This document shows, piece by piece, positions 1 to 10,007 of a stretch of DNA of 64,000 nt. The first letter of the stretch is position 1. Every line of letters begins with the position of its first letter. The translations under genes were made by a program, and so were the position numbers. The DNA lies in the IMG/VR virus record IMGVR_UViG_3300028603_000021, positions 96,001 to 160,000 of that record. One strand, 5' to 3'. The notes below the pieces were generated by a model. The model had not been told where the DNA came from. It did not search any database and worked only from the letters and a program-made list of their open reading frames with translations. This DNA comes from a virus. Its lineage: Duplodnaviria > Caudoviricetes.

Positions 1-209
1 ATCATATCTTTAGACGGTAGGGAAGAAGAAGTAGTACGGATGTCGCCCTCTCCCAGCATCATGAGGTCTGTGCGAAAAATCCTTCTCCTCGCGTCCGAGG
101 CAGACAGCCTAGATATCTGCTCTTCTATATCACCTATCAGCTCAGAGTTAGCAAAGGTAACATTCATGTTGTTGAAGGTTATAAGCCCCTTTGTACTGTT
201 GAAGTCCAC
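1..209 (-). CDS. Partial gene running off the window (probable baseplate-region protein)
   Basis: Open frame from GTG at 209 (VDFNSTKGLITFNNMNVTF...) to the window edge; TGGTAGAAT -10 element 6 nt upstream. Not in the ORF track. Confidence 0.55.
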   Translation of the reverse strand, partial: MDFNSTKGLITFNNMNVTFANSELIGDIEEQISRLSASDARRRIFRTDLMMLGEGDIRTTSSSLPSKDM

Positions 210-239
210 GAAGTTATTCTACCATACACAAGGTGATTA

Positions 240-773
240 TCACTCTTGCGCCTCTGCTGTGTACAATCCCTTGATGTATTCTCCGTTACCACCAATCTGA
301 TCGAAGAGCCTAGCGATCTTCTCTCCCGATGCAACTAAGCCCCCATCACCACCGACTATGATGATAGAAGCAGCAACAGCTTCATTTCCACCGTCAGGCT
401 GTTTGTCGGGTAGCCCCAAGTTAAACCCGTAAGACACCAGGTCAGAAGAAAACTCGTTCATCTTTCCGACATATTGGAAGTAGTAGATACCAGAATCCGC
501 AAGAGCGTTAGCTAGCTTGTTGGTAAGAGAAGTGGCTTCGTCGAGTATGCGCTGTGCGTCGTTAAGTATATCCGTAGCCGCGCCTAGTGCTTGTCCAGCG
601 CGGGTGACTTCTTCTTGTGCTGCGGCTGCCTTCTTCTGGAGCCAAGCTACACCGTCTTGTGCTTTTCCTATGGCCGCTGCGTTCTCGTTCGCCTTAGCAG
701 CGATTGCATCAGCCGCCTCAGAAAGCCCAGGAACTATGTCTGAGAAGGTTACTTTTCCTATATAGTATAACAT
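240..773 (-). CDS. Hypothetical Ala-rich coiled-coil protein, baseplate region
   Basis: 177-aa ORF with AGGAG RBS, co-oriented with baseplate genes. Confidence 0.6.
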   Translation of the reverse strand: MLYYIGKVTFSDIVPGLSEAADAIAAKANENAAAIGKAQDGVAWLQKKAAAAQEEVTRAGQALGAATDILNDAQRILDEATSLTNKLANALADSGIYYFQYVGKMNEFSSDLVSYGFNLGLPDKQPDGGNEAVAASIIIVGGDGGLVASGEKIARLFDQIGGNGEYIKGLYTAEAQE

Positions 774-783
774 CTATTCTCCT

Positions 784-1095
784 TTATGGTATAACGACAT
801 TCACAAACCCGTTTCCAGAAACCCCTGTGTGACTGCAAGTTGCACCACAGGCATCTAAAGCTACAACTTTACCGTTAACCTTGAAAAAGGACTGCCTGGT
901 CTCTGAAACAGTCACACCAGAGTGGATAGTTAGGCCGCCGTCTGCCATATGCGCAGCTATGATATCCCCGTGGACAACAACAGGATTCCCGTCTATCCTA
1001 ACATTAGTGTTAGATGGGGTAATCAACGAAGGATTAGGTGTAAACTCACCTACCCCAACGTTCAAGCCGTCACCGCCCACAACCACCTTAGGCAT
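784..1095 (-). CDS. PAAR-like spike tip protein (T4 gp5.4-like)
   Basis: 103 aa; repeated V.IDG.PVV..GD / KVNGKVVA motifs, His/Cys residues; directly downstream of the spike gene. Confidence 0.75.
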   Translation of the reverse strand: MPKVVVGGDGLNVGVGEFTPNPSLITPSNTNVRIDGNPVVVHGDIIAAHMADGGLTIHSGVTVSETRQSFFKVNGKVVALDACGATCSHTGVSGNGFVNVVIP

Positions 1096-3037
1096 TATCT
1101 ACGTCCACAGTAGTTCCTTTTATAGTTATTCCTTTTCCTGTTACAGCTATATCGGAATTTGCATCCCCCAAAGTAATAAGTCCACTACCACCGTCATCAC
1201 CTATAACTATCGGCAACGTCAACCCAGAAGCAAGCCGCTTAACAGATACTCCTGAAACATCCTGAGTAATGCTATGCAACGGGGCTCCTGCAAGGTTTAC
1301 TACAGTGGAAGACGACGGGATAGCGCTGTCTTCAGTGGTTATTATCTCGTTCAAGTTCTTTGCGAGCACGCTCTTAGTGACTTTAGCCGTGTTATCTATG
1401 GTTATATTTTCCGTGGTAGTTATCGTGTCACTCCCAACAAGCTCACCAACGCTGACCTTGTTGTACTCACTCCCTGAAGTAGATATAGTCTCTGTATAAG
1501 CATGAGGAGCACCAGGAGCAATGTGCTCTAAGTGAGTAGTCTGCACAGCTTCTGCGCCAGTCAGGGCTTGAGTCCATGTAGATGTTTCAACTACCCCGTT
1601 GTAGCCGCCGGTTTCTTGGGCTACAGAAGTTACCAAGACCTCATCTTTTGAGTACAAGGAGAAGGTCTGGTTAGTTGGGTTACCATCGGTGTTGTTCCTG
1701 AAGTATATACCAGGAGACATAGCTCCGTTAACCAAAGTATTCATCCCGGCAGACAGACGTGAGCCAAGCTCACCGATGATGTCTGGTGTACTCACCATCA
1801 AAACCTCTTGGTTCGGGACATCGTTCTTTGTAACGCCAGTCTTAGTACCGAAGGATGTCTGTGAGTCGCCAAAAGCACTTCCGTTGCGTATGTATGTGAA
1901 CTCTCCCTTGCCCTTCACACCACCCTGCTCTATAACCTGCTTGTTAGCTGTCCAAGACAAGACCCTCGGGGCTTCTGGGTCAGCATCCAGCAGCACTCCC
2001 TGACCTAAGTGATCTCGGACACGTATCTGACCCCTCTCTCCGTTGTGTACGATAGTAAACTGCTCGTCGTACTGGCTTTTGAGGGTTATGACCAGCTGTT
2101 CTCCGTCCCCGTACTGGTCTTGGATAAGGAGTTTGTTGTTTCCTCGCAAGGCTACCTGGTATTCCTCGGCAGCGGCTATCTCTCGCTCGAAGCTAACGGA
2201 ATCTAGGTATGGTTTGTCCATGACTGGCTGGTAAGCAAGGTAATTTTTGGTCTTCAAGGTGGTTTTATACGCCCTGGTAGGCGTCCTTGAGGTTTTGGGG
2301 GTCAAGTCGTAGTCATCAGGAGACAGAGGAGTATCGAGGGGTGTGTAGACGATGTTTCCATACATGTATGCCTCGTCTTTTTCCCTCTCCTTCGGAACAT
2401 TCAGGGGTTCCGGGTACTTACCCTTGTCAGTTTCTACACTTCCACCCTCGATAAGCGCAGACCCGGTGTTGATAAGGTACGGGCGGTTGTTTTCAGCTGG
2501 TTCTATGTCGAAAACAGCGTCTCCACGCACCACGAACTTTCCTTGCTCCAGGTTGCTCCTGTAGAAGCTCCTGAACCTATACCCAGTTATCGAGCGTATA
2601 AACTTGGTTCTGAAGTCGGCGTCTTCGGTTTTAGGGTCAAACTGGTCAGTATGGTCTCTGTGGCTGCGCAGGTGACCGTAGTCACCGTGCATAGACCCCC
2701 ATATCGGAGCTGGGTTGTCGTTTGAGTAGCTAGAGAATCTATAGATAGGGGTTTGGTCGTTGCTTCTCCTTGTTTCCTCGATCCAGACTACATCCCCGAT
2801 CTGAGGAAGCTTGAAAGAGCCGATAACCTCTTGAGGAACTAGAACATTGTAAGCTATCCCAGGGTTGTTCTGGGACATCTTAAAACCGCCGATGTGCATG
2901 TTCCTACCCGTCTGTGGGGAGATAGCTGCGATAGTGCCCTCTTGCTGCTCGTCTGCTATCGTAGAGTTATGGTCAACCCACGCGACGTACATCTTGAAAC
3001 GCTTATCATAGGTAGATATGAGAGGATTATAGCTCAC
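1088..3037 (-). CDS. Baseplate central spike (gp5/gpV/VgrG-C-like)
   Basis: N-terminal OB-fold-type motif LPQIGDVVWI, beta-rich C-terminus, lies between hub and PAAR genes. Confidence 0.65.
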   Translation of the reverse strand: MSYNPLISTYDKRFKMYVAWVDHNSTIADEQQEGTIAAISPQTGRNMHIGGFKMSQNNPGIAYNVLVPQEVIGSFKLPQIGDVVWIEETRRSNDQTPIYRFSSYSNDNPAPIWGSMHGDYGHLRSHRDHTDQFDPKTEDADFRTKFIRSITGYRFRSFYRSNLEQGKFVVRGDAVFDIEPAENNRPYLINTGSALIEGGSVETDKGKYPEPLNVPKEREKDEAYMYGNIVYTPLDTPLSPDDYDLTPKTSRTPTRAYKTTLKTKNYLAYQPVMDKPYLDSVSFEREIAAAEEYQVALRGNNKLLIQDQYGDGEQLVITLKSQYDEQFTIVHNGERGQIRVRDHLGQGVLLDADPEAPRVLSWTANKQVIEQGGVKGKGEFTYIRNGSAFGDSQTSFGTKTGVTKNDVPNQEVLMVSTPDIIGELGSRLSAGMNTLVNGAMSPGIYFRNNTDGNPTNQTFSLYSKDEVLVTSVAQETGGYNGVVETSTWTQALTGAEAVQTTHLEHIAPGAPHAYTETISTSGSEYNKVSVGELVGSDTITTTENITIDNTAKVTKSVLAKNLNEIITTEDSAIPSSSTVVNLAGAPLHSITQDVSGVSVKRLASGLTLPIVIGDDGGSGLITLGDANSDIAVTGKGITIKGTTVDVDNA

Positions 3038-6000
3038 TCTTCACTTTCCTCCGGTACTTTTTTCGTCTCATCCCACATCTTCTGATCAACCGCGCCAAAC
3101 AGGTTGCCGTAATCTCCGGGTTGAGGCGGCCTGTATATGCCAAGAGCATCCTTGTTTTCAAATGATGCTGGCAGATCCCGGTCAGGGAACGAAATTCCCT
3201 TGGCTTTTTTCATGAAGATTGCATCAGCTTTGTACTGCTGTACTACCTCATTCACACGTTCCATATCTGGTGTAGGTGATACAACCACCTCGTTGAAAAC
3301 TTCTTTGGTGGCTTCTTCAGTCGATGTAGTAGACTCTAGCCCCTCCATAAGAGCTATATCATACATGTAGTTGGATGTATTCCTGAAGCCCTGTGCATTG
3401 TAGAGGAAATTTCCTTTCTTGAAGAGCTGATCTTCTTTAAACTGCTCTACGAACATATTCTGCAACGGGCTCAGGACGCTAGCGCCTGGTGTGTCGCTGT
3501 AAGTTTCATACATCACATCACGCTGAATCTTAGACTCCCAGCCTATGCGCATCTTCTTCTCTAGAGAAAGGAAGCCTACAGGTAGAAAGTTTCTGGGTTC
3601 TAGCAAGATAAGGTTATCCTGGCCGAAGTTGAGGCTCAGTGCGGTTGTCGCCTCAGTATCCTGGGTAAATGTGTGTGACACCCTCTCTATCAGATACGAA
3701 GTTACTCTGAAGTCCTGGAACCGTATCGCATTCATAACTCCAGCCGCAGTTCTCTTCTGGTAGATGGCGTTCAGCGTGTCGGCAGCCCCTCTGTCCCCAG
3801 TCAAAGCAGAGCTTAGCAGTGCACTGTATGTATCCACGACATCGGACGGAAGAACTGCGTTTTCGTCCCAACCACGGAATGTTCCAGACCCATCAGGGGG
3901 GTCTCCCTGTGTAAAATACCAGTACGTAGTAGGAAAATACTCTGGGGTTATCACTGATACCCCAGGGGCTGAATTTTTTATGAAAAGCAAGGTGGATACT
4001 ATAGCTCTCCGTACAAAGTCCTTTGGGTCAGTACGAAACGCTGTAGACGAGACCCCAGGTATAGGCTCAAAACCAGTGGTTTTCTCATAGTATTCTGGGT
4101 GCAAAAGCCTCTCATCGACCCCTATATACATGTCCATAGAGTCTCTATCCATACCTTCGAGCCAGCTGATGAGCTTATCAATATCTACCGGAGTCCTAGC
4201 ACGATATTTACTGTTCTGTAGGGATACAAGCACTGTTTCTCCAGCCCGAAACGCTGGGTTCCCTCTGACTCTGAGGTTGGCTTGTTTCAGGGGCTTGCTA
4301 AAGAAATCCCGGTATATAATAGCTTTGCGCTGTGCCTCTCTTGGCTGGCTAGTATAGATGTCTTCTGTGCGTTGAGACCTCATGCCATAGCGAAAGAAAT
4401 CTGGGGCTATAGTCTCAGGAGGAGCTTCTGGTGGAAGATTTATAAGTGGGACTTCTCCCGCCTCAGGAACACTTCTACCCATAAAGGCAAGTCCCATCCT
4501 AGCGGTAGCTCCGTCACCGGTTAGTGGCCTGACATCTATCATGGTCTTAAGCTCCGCGTCAGACTGCTCGAAGGAAGCTCCCTCACCGAGCATGTCTATG
4601 TCTTGTATTATCGGAGTGTACAACGGCTGTGGAGTCCTATCCATACCTTCGAACGTGAGCCTGTATCTTATCCTACCGGTCTCATCAACAAAAACCTGGT
4701 AAAAAGCCCCAACTCCAACTACTCGCTTCAAGTTAGAGTAGATAGATTCACCCGGAGACAGCATTACACTAGTGTTTATCACTGCTTGTTGTTCCGGTAT
4801 AGTATACGATTTATCTAGCACCGAAATCATTTCTCTTATCCTGGTAGTATCTACGTAGTTAACCGGAGAAAATACCCGTAGTTTAGACTTATCAACTTCT
4901 CCCCTAGCCATGATAGCTTCAGACATGACTACATTACCACGGATAGGAACCTCTTCCTCTAAGTCAAGGTGGTCAACATCTATAGCTATGATACTTTCTT
5001 TGTTATCAGGAAGATCTTTGTACTTATACCCCTTAGACTGTACCCACAGCTTGTTAGCCGCGTCGATATAATAAGAGCTGGGTTTACCGAAGAGAATCTT
5101 CTTAGGTGCCCACCTGTTGACTATAGCCAGTATTGCTCTAGGCGGAGACATGTACACGAAAAAGCTCTTGTAGTCAGCTTGGAGCTTAGCCATGTAGTCA
5201 GCGGCATAGATAGACTCATAGAAAACCTCATGCTCGTTTATGATCTTCTCCATGCCACCACCAGAGATAGTTACAGTATATGCTCCCTGCGCAGATCCAA
5301 CTGCGGTTTTGACAGTACTTATCTGACCACGAAGCACTAGATACGGGGTCTCACCGTGCGTCGGTTTCTCTGCCCCAGAGGTTATGATAGTTCTGCCGTT
5401 AGAAAAATTCTGTCTTGTCTTTGTTACCAAATGCTTGCTTCTTCTACCCTCAGAATCTAAGTGAGTGTTAGATGCTCCAAGGTAGTCTGACAACTCCTTG
5501 TTCATCGACGCTACAAACAAGTTCAGCCCGTTAACAATAGTTGACGGCTGCCCAAGCAAGTCAAAAAACTCTAAGTACCCAGCAGTCCCCGTACCCATGG
5601 AGGCTGCTTCCATAACTGTTTGCTCGTCATCAGATAAAAGCAGCTCTCCGCTATCACTAACTTCAAGCTTGCTTATAAAGTAACGTAGCATCTCTTTCCT
5701 CTTTCGGTTAACTACCTCTATATTCCACCCATCTTTTACTTCATAGTCCTTAGAGGTCATGGGCTTCATCAGGAATTCATAGATAAAATGCCCAATGTCA
5801 TCACCAAACATCTGTTTGGTGTATTTCTCCATCCTACCTTCGATGTCATTTCCGTCGGTGTCTAGCTTGGAGGCTCTTTCTGTGAAACTGCTGCCAGCGA
5901 CAGACTCTTGCAGAAAGCTGTTGAAGATGTCAGCCAAGTTCTCCTTGGTAACCCCTTTCACACGAGTTTCTGGTAGGTCAGACAGAACAGCTTCCATAGT

Positions 6001-6792
6001 TGCTACGTTGTACTCACTTATCAGCCCTACTGCTCCAAGAACAGTCTCTTTGAAAGAGGGTACATCTACAGAGTACTGCCCCCTTCTGTCACCAGAACCA
6101 ATAACCCAAGAAAGGCCTTTGTTAACAGTAAGGTCGTCTTCGATAACATTACCGTCGTTGCCTATTTCTTGCTTACCGTCTTTGAAGTAAAAGTCCTTGG
6201 GATCATGGTAGAACCAGATAGTAACTGTGTCGTTGGGAGTCACAAGATCTTCTATGTTAAACCCTGAGTTAGGCCCAGATATCCTGAACCTAGCTACACC
6301 CAGGTCTTCGTCGGTGACTGCTTTTACTCCAGGATTACTTAGCAGCGATAGTGTATCTGGGAACTCCGGTAGGTCACCGTGGACAAGCTCTACTCTGTCC
6401 ATAGGCAGACCGGTAGCATTAGAGATAGCGTCCAAGTTATCTTTGTCAGTAACAAGAAGGAGGTCGTTAAGAGTGAACTTAACGTCAAATGAAGACTTGC
6501 TGTCAGCCCCGATCCCCGGCACCGTAGTCGTAGTTGACACAGACATGATGTTCAGCGGGAAAATCTTGTAGTATCCTTGGGACTTTTCGTACTCTCCCAC
6601 ACTGTTATACCCAGTAGAGAAAGATTTACGCGGGGCGCTTGCGTTTCCGCCTTCACTCCCCTCTCCCATACCTAACAACCCCAGGTCATAGGAATCAGGA
6701 GATAGCTCCCCACCTTCAGGATTAGGCCAGACGCTCTCTATAGCTACCAGGGCAAAGGCAGAGTAAAGTGGCGCATTCCCGTGGAACCTCAC
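3034..6792 (-). CDS. Baseplate hub protein (gp27/gp44/gpD-like) with large insertions
   Basis: Motifs ANLRVRGNPAFRAGETVLV and YLIERVSHTF...TALSL; position between tape measure and spike. Confidence 0.65.
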   Translation of the reverse strand: MRFHGNAPLYSAFALVAIESVWPNPEGGELSPDSYDLGLLGMGEGSEGGNASAPRKSFSTGYNSVGEYEKSQGYYKIFPLNIMSVSTTTTVPGIGADSKSSFDVKFTLNDLLLVTDKDNLDAISNATGLPMDRVELVHGDLPEFPDTLSLLSNPGVKAVTDEDLGVARFRISGPNSGFNIEDLVTPNDTVTIWFYHDPKDFYFKDGKQEIGNDGNVIEDDLTVNKGLSWVIGSGDRRGQYSVDVPSFKETVLGAVGLISEYNVATMEAVLSDLPETRVKGVTKENLADIFNSFLQESVAGSSFTERASKLDTDGNDIEGRMEKYTKQMFGDDIGHFIYEFLMKPMTSKDYEVKDGWNIEVVNRKRKEMLRYFISKLEVSDSGELLLSDDEQTVMEAASMGTGTAGYLEFFDLLGQPSTIVNGLNLFVASMNKELSDYLGASNTHLDSEGRRSKHLVTKTRQNFSNGRTIITSGAEKPTHGETPYLVLRGQISTVKTAVGSAQGAYTVTISGGGMEKIINEHEVFYESIYAADYMAKLQADYKSFFVYMSPPRAILAIVNRWAPKKILFGKPSSYYIDAANKLWVQSKGYKYKDLPDNKESIIAIDVDHLDLEEEVPIRGNVVMSEAIMARGEVDKSKLRVFSPVNYVDTTRIREMISVLDKSYTIPEQQAVINTSVMLSPGESIYSNLKRVVGVGAFYQVFVDETGRIRYRLTFEGMDRTPQPLYTPIIQDIDMLGEGASFEQSDAELKTMIDVRPLTGDGATARMGLAFMGRSVPEAGEVPLINLPPEAPPETIAPDFFRYGMRSQRTEDIYTSQPREAQRKAIIYRDFFSKPLKQANLRVRGNPAFRAGETVLVSLQNSKYRARTPVDIDKLISWLEGMDRDSMDMYIGVDERLLHPEYYEKTTGFEPIPGVSSTAFRTDPKDFVRRAIVSTLLFIKNSAPGVSVITPEYFPTTYWYFTQGDPPDGSGTFRGWDENAVLPSDVVDTYSALLSSALTGDRGAADTLNAIYQKRTAAGVMNAIRFQDFRVTSYLIERVSHTFTQDTEATTALSLNFGQDNLILLEPRNFLPVGFLSLEKKMRIGWESKIQRDVMYETYSDTPGASVLSPLQNMFVEQFKEDQLFKKGNFLYNAQGFRNTSNYMYDIALMEGLESTTSTEEATKEVFNEVVVSPTPDMERVNEVVQQYKADAIFMKKAKGISFPDRDLPASFENKDALGIYRPPQPGDYGNLFGAVDQKMWDETKKVPEESEE

Positions 6793-7421
6793 AGAGAACC
6801 CCAGACCTGTGATTTCTCCCCGAGCTTAGAGCTGTAGTCGTGCGATACAAACATCTGCAAGTCAGCGCTCACAGTAGTGTTGGTGTCTGCCCTGTACGAG
6901 AAGTCTAGTGAGTCAGTCACTACTTTATATCGTGCAGTAAGAGTAGTTTCACTGTCGAAGGTATCGTACCCTAGCAAGAAGGTACTGCCGAAGAACCTGC
7001 CTTGGTTAGATGACAGATAATGTATCGCCTTCAACCCGTCGTAGTAGTCTTTCCAGTTTTCCCCTGCTTTGATTATCTTGATCCTAAGACCTACTTTCTG
7101 TATACCTTGACCGAATGTTGTTACAGTGTTCCCACCCAGTGTGTTGTACTGTATGACTTTGTTCTTGACACCTGGAGCATACTCTTGCGCTAGTGCTACG
7201 CTAGTGTTGAACGGAAGTATGATTGTGGAGTTATACGCAAGCCGTAGAAGGTTGGCGAAGCGCATATCGCTGTGGGATACTGGGTATTCGTTAAGCGTAG
7301 AGTAGTCATCCCCAACCAGCTTCGTTTTCTCTCCAACGACATAAGTGCGCCTACCAGCCCCAGAAGTAAAGGACGGTCTCCATTGTAGCTGGTATCTCTG
7401 ATAGTTTCTGTTTACAGCCAT
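6789..7421 (-). CDS. Putative tail tube initiator / baseplate protein
   Basis: 210-aa beta-rich ORF right after the tape-measure genes; assignment mainly from synteny. Confidence 0.4.
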   Translation of the reverse strand: MAVNRNYQRYQLQWRPSFTSGAGRRTYVVGEKTKLVGDDYSTLNEYPVSHSDMRFANLLRLAYNSTIILPFNTSVALAQEYAPGVKNKVIQYNTLGGNTVTTFGQGIQKVGLRIKIIKAGENWKDYYDGLKAIHYLSSNQGRFFGSTFLLGYDTFDSETTLTARYKVVTDSLDFSYRADTNTTVSADLQMFVSHDYSSKLGEKSQVWGSL

Positions 7422-7422
7422 A

Positions 7423-10005
7423 TCATTGCGCTCCGTTAACTAACTGTTCTTGTATAAACCTTGCAAATGCTACCTTATCCGAGTAATCAAACTTTATATC
7501 TAGGAACAAAGAGGATATTTTTTCAGAAATAGCTAACTCCACATCGCGTCTGGTAAGGTTCTTCATTTCCCACTCAGTGCTCTGATCAACATTCAACCAT
7601 GCGTTAGCTCTCAATGCCTCTGGCCCGAAAAATGTTCCGTTAGCATCTACGAAACCTTCTTCACCCATCAGTACAAAATTGTCCGGCTTACCAACCGCAG
7701 CGGGGAATAGTACTGTAAGATATAAGTCAGTTAAGCTCATGCCGGGCTTTATGCCTTTTTTCTTGAAATACTTGACGACATACTCAAACTGTTCCTTATA
7801 ACTCATATCATACAATGCTTCTATTGATGTCCCTAAGTCTTCCTTAGCTACCTCGGGCATAAACTGTATCAAACCCGTGGCCTTGGTGTCTGGGTTACGC
7901 GCCTTAGTAGAAAACAACATACCGTCTGTATTGGTTTCTACAAACATTATTGACAGCAGGTCTATGGGACTGATGCCCAGTTCTTTAGAAGCCGCCATCA
8001 CTTCGTCAAGAAACTCATCACTCATCTTACCACGATACTGCGGAGCAGCTAGGATACGTAACATATCCCGACTCCAACCACCTAAGTTAAGAGCCCCGCG
8101 AAGGTTTTCAAGATTCTTTGCTTCAGCTTCAGATGAGGCGATACCCCCTGTGTGATACTGTGGCGAGGATATACCCCCTCCGTAAACACCGCTACCAGAG
8201 CGCCCACCGCTGTGGCTACCACGTTGGTACTGCATTCCCAACAAATCGGCAGTTTTCTTTGCAAACGTAAGACTCAGTTCTGTAATTCTAGTGCTATTGT
8301 ATACCACACTCATTATGTAGTCGTTCATGTCTAGCAGGTTATTGACATTGCTTCTTATCATGTCAGATAATGCCATTTCTTGATCTGCTATCAATGCTGC
8401 CCAAGTAGGCATTTTAGCTTTTCTAAAAGCCTGTGCTCTACTAGTGAGATTCTCGTTGGCTTCGTTATACGCCTTAACTACTTCTATACTGGATTTCCCA
8501 GATACTTGAGCTTCTAAAGCGATAACAATAGGCTGTATAGCTGATTTTTCAAGGTGTAACAGATCCATCAGATAAGGCACGAGCATGTTATAACCCTCTT
8601 CTGACAGATGCCCGTTAACAAATGACTGCTTCCCGATGCCAAGCTTACGACTTATACCTGTAAGCATCTTGGGTAGTAGAGTAGCATCCCCTGTAAGGCC
8701 GTGTATAGCTTCTTCAGGGGTTATACCTGACAACGCTAGCAGCTCGTTAGCTCTCGGATTATCTAACATTGCCCCCGCCATGAGCACTGAATCTAAATTC
8801 TGAACCAATGCTTGGACAGGAGCAACGGTCTGCAACCTTACGAGTTCTGTCCCAGAGAAAAACGCGGCTATCTTTGCTAGCTCTAGAGGTGAGCCAGTGT
8901 TGAACTTAGTTGCAAACCCGTAGGTGTTAGCGAAATCAGCGAGAGCATTCACCATATCTGTCTGAGATGTTATAAGGGAACCATCGCCAGATAAAGCACC
9001 GAAGAATGTTATAAACTGCTCAGATATATCGTCAACAGTCTGTTTAGGAACCAAGCTCAGAGACTGGAAGGCATTCTGTCCCTCTAAATTCCCTAGCAGC
9101 GTAGGATACACTGTGGAAGCAGCAAGAAATCCCCGGTCAGTTCCCATAGGAGTTGTGGGTGCGACAGACTTAAGCAGGGCACCTAGTGACTGGTATTCAT
9201 ACCCAAGCATGCGGGTATTAACACCCATAACATCATGACTAGCTACTCCTTGTAAAAAACCATACCCTCTATCACCGGCGAACCTAGAACCAGACAACAC
9301 CCCTAAGAAATTCTCAGACTCGCCAGTTATGCGTTGTTTATCATAGAGGTTTGCCGCAAAACTTTGAGCAGCTCTTCTGTAACTATAACTATCTGCTAAA
9401 AACTGCCCCAGCGGTCGCATACCGTATTCCCCAATGATGTATGCAGCAACATCACCAGCCACAGCTATAGCAAACGCTACTGGGTTGACTCTTGTGAATA
9501 ACTCAGCAAACCTAGCTCCCTCTCGAAGTCTTTTAATCCCACGGATAATGCTTGGTATGTCCTTGACTACCTTCATCAGACCATACCCACCAAGAAAAAT
9601 GTTTGACGCTACCTGCCCCCAGTGGAACTTTTGTTCCTCTGCGTCTTTTATAGCATCCCCAATCTTTCTAGATAACGAAGACCCTAAGTTAGACAACGTA
9701 GCCAACGCAGGTATTTTCTCGTAAGAGAACCTATCTTGTATCTTCCTACGGGAAAATACTAGAGCAGGAAGAGAAACAGCAGATATAAGAGATTTATACT
9801 CGGTTAAATCTTTCTCAAGCTCGTCAAAGTCAGGAATACCAGCTTTCCCACCCCCATTAATCTCTTGAAAAGAAAAGCGTATATTATCTCGAACTTTTTC
9901 TAGTTCTGCATCGTCAAAACCGTCGTTGATGAGGTCAAACATCTCTGGATCGATTCCCTCACCAAGTAGGTAAGATTTTACTTTAAGGGGTAATGTGTCC
10001 CACAT
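7423..10005 (-). CDS. Tape-measure-like protein 2 with C-terminal lytic transglycosylase (SLT) domain
   Basis: SLT motifs IMFVET and ATGLIQFMP; helical N-terminal part; likely start ATG 10005 just after the upstream stop (track uses GTG 10026). Confidence 0.75.
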   Translation of the reverse strand: MWDTLPLKVKSYLLGEGIDPEMFDLINDGFDDAELEKVRDNIRFSFQEINGGGKAGIPDFDELEKDLTEYKSLISAVSLPALVFSRRKIQDRFSYEKIPALATLSNLGSSLSRKIGDAIKDAEEQKFHWGQVASNIFLGGYGLMKVVKDIPSIIRGIKRLREGARFAELFTRVNPVAFAIAVAGDVAAYIIGEYGMRPLGQFLADSYSYRRAAQSFAANLYDKQRITGESENFLGVLSGSRFAGDRGYGFLQGVASHDVMGVNTRMLGYEYQSLGALLKSVAPTTPMGTDRGFLAASTVYPTLLGNLEGQNAFQSLSLVPKQTVDDISEQFITFFGALSGDGSLITSQTDMVNALADFANTYGFATKFNTGSPLELAKIAAFFSGTELVRLQTVAPVQALVQNLDSVLMAGAMLDNPRANELLALSGITPEEAIHGLTGDATLLPKMLTGISRKLGIGKQSFVNGHLSEEGYNMLVPYLMDLLHLEKSAIQPIVIALEAQVSGKSSIEVVKAYNEANENLTSRAQAFRKAKMPTWAALIADQEMALSDMIRSNVNNLLDMNDYIMSVVYNSTRITELSLTFAKKTADLLGMQYQRGSHSGGRSGSGVYGGGISSPQYHTGGIASSEAEAKNLENLRGALNLGGWSRDMLRILAAPQYRGKMSDEFLDEVMAASKELGISPIDLLSIMFVETNTDGMLFSTKARNPDTKATGLIQFMPEVAKEDLGTSIEALYDMSYKEQFEYVVKYFKKKGIKPGMSLTDLYLTVLFPAAVGKPDNFVLMGEEGFVDANGTFFGPEALRANAWLNVDQSTEWEMKNLTRRDVELAISEKISSLFLDIKFDYSDKVAFARFIQEQLVNGAQ

Positions 10006-10007
10006 AT

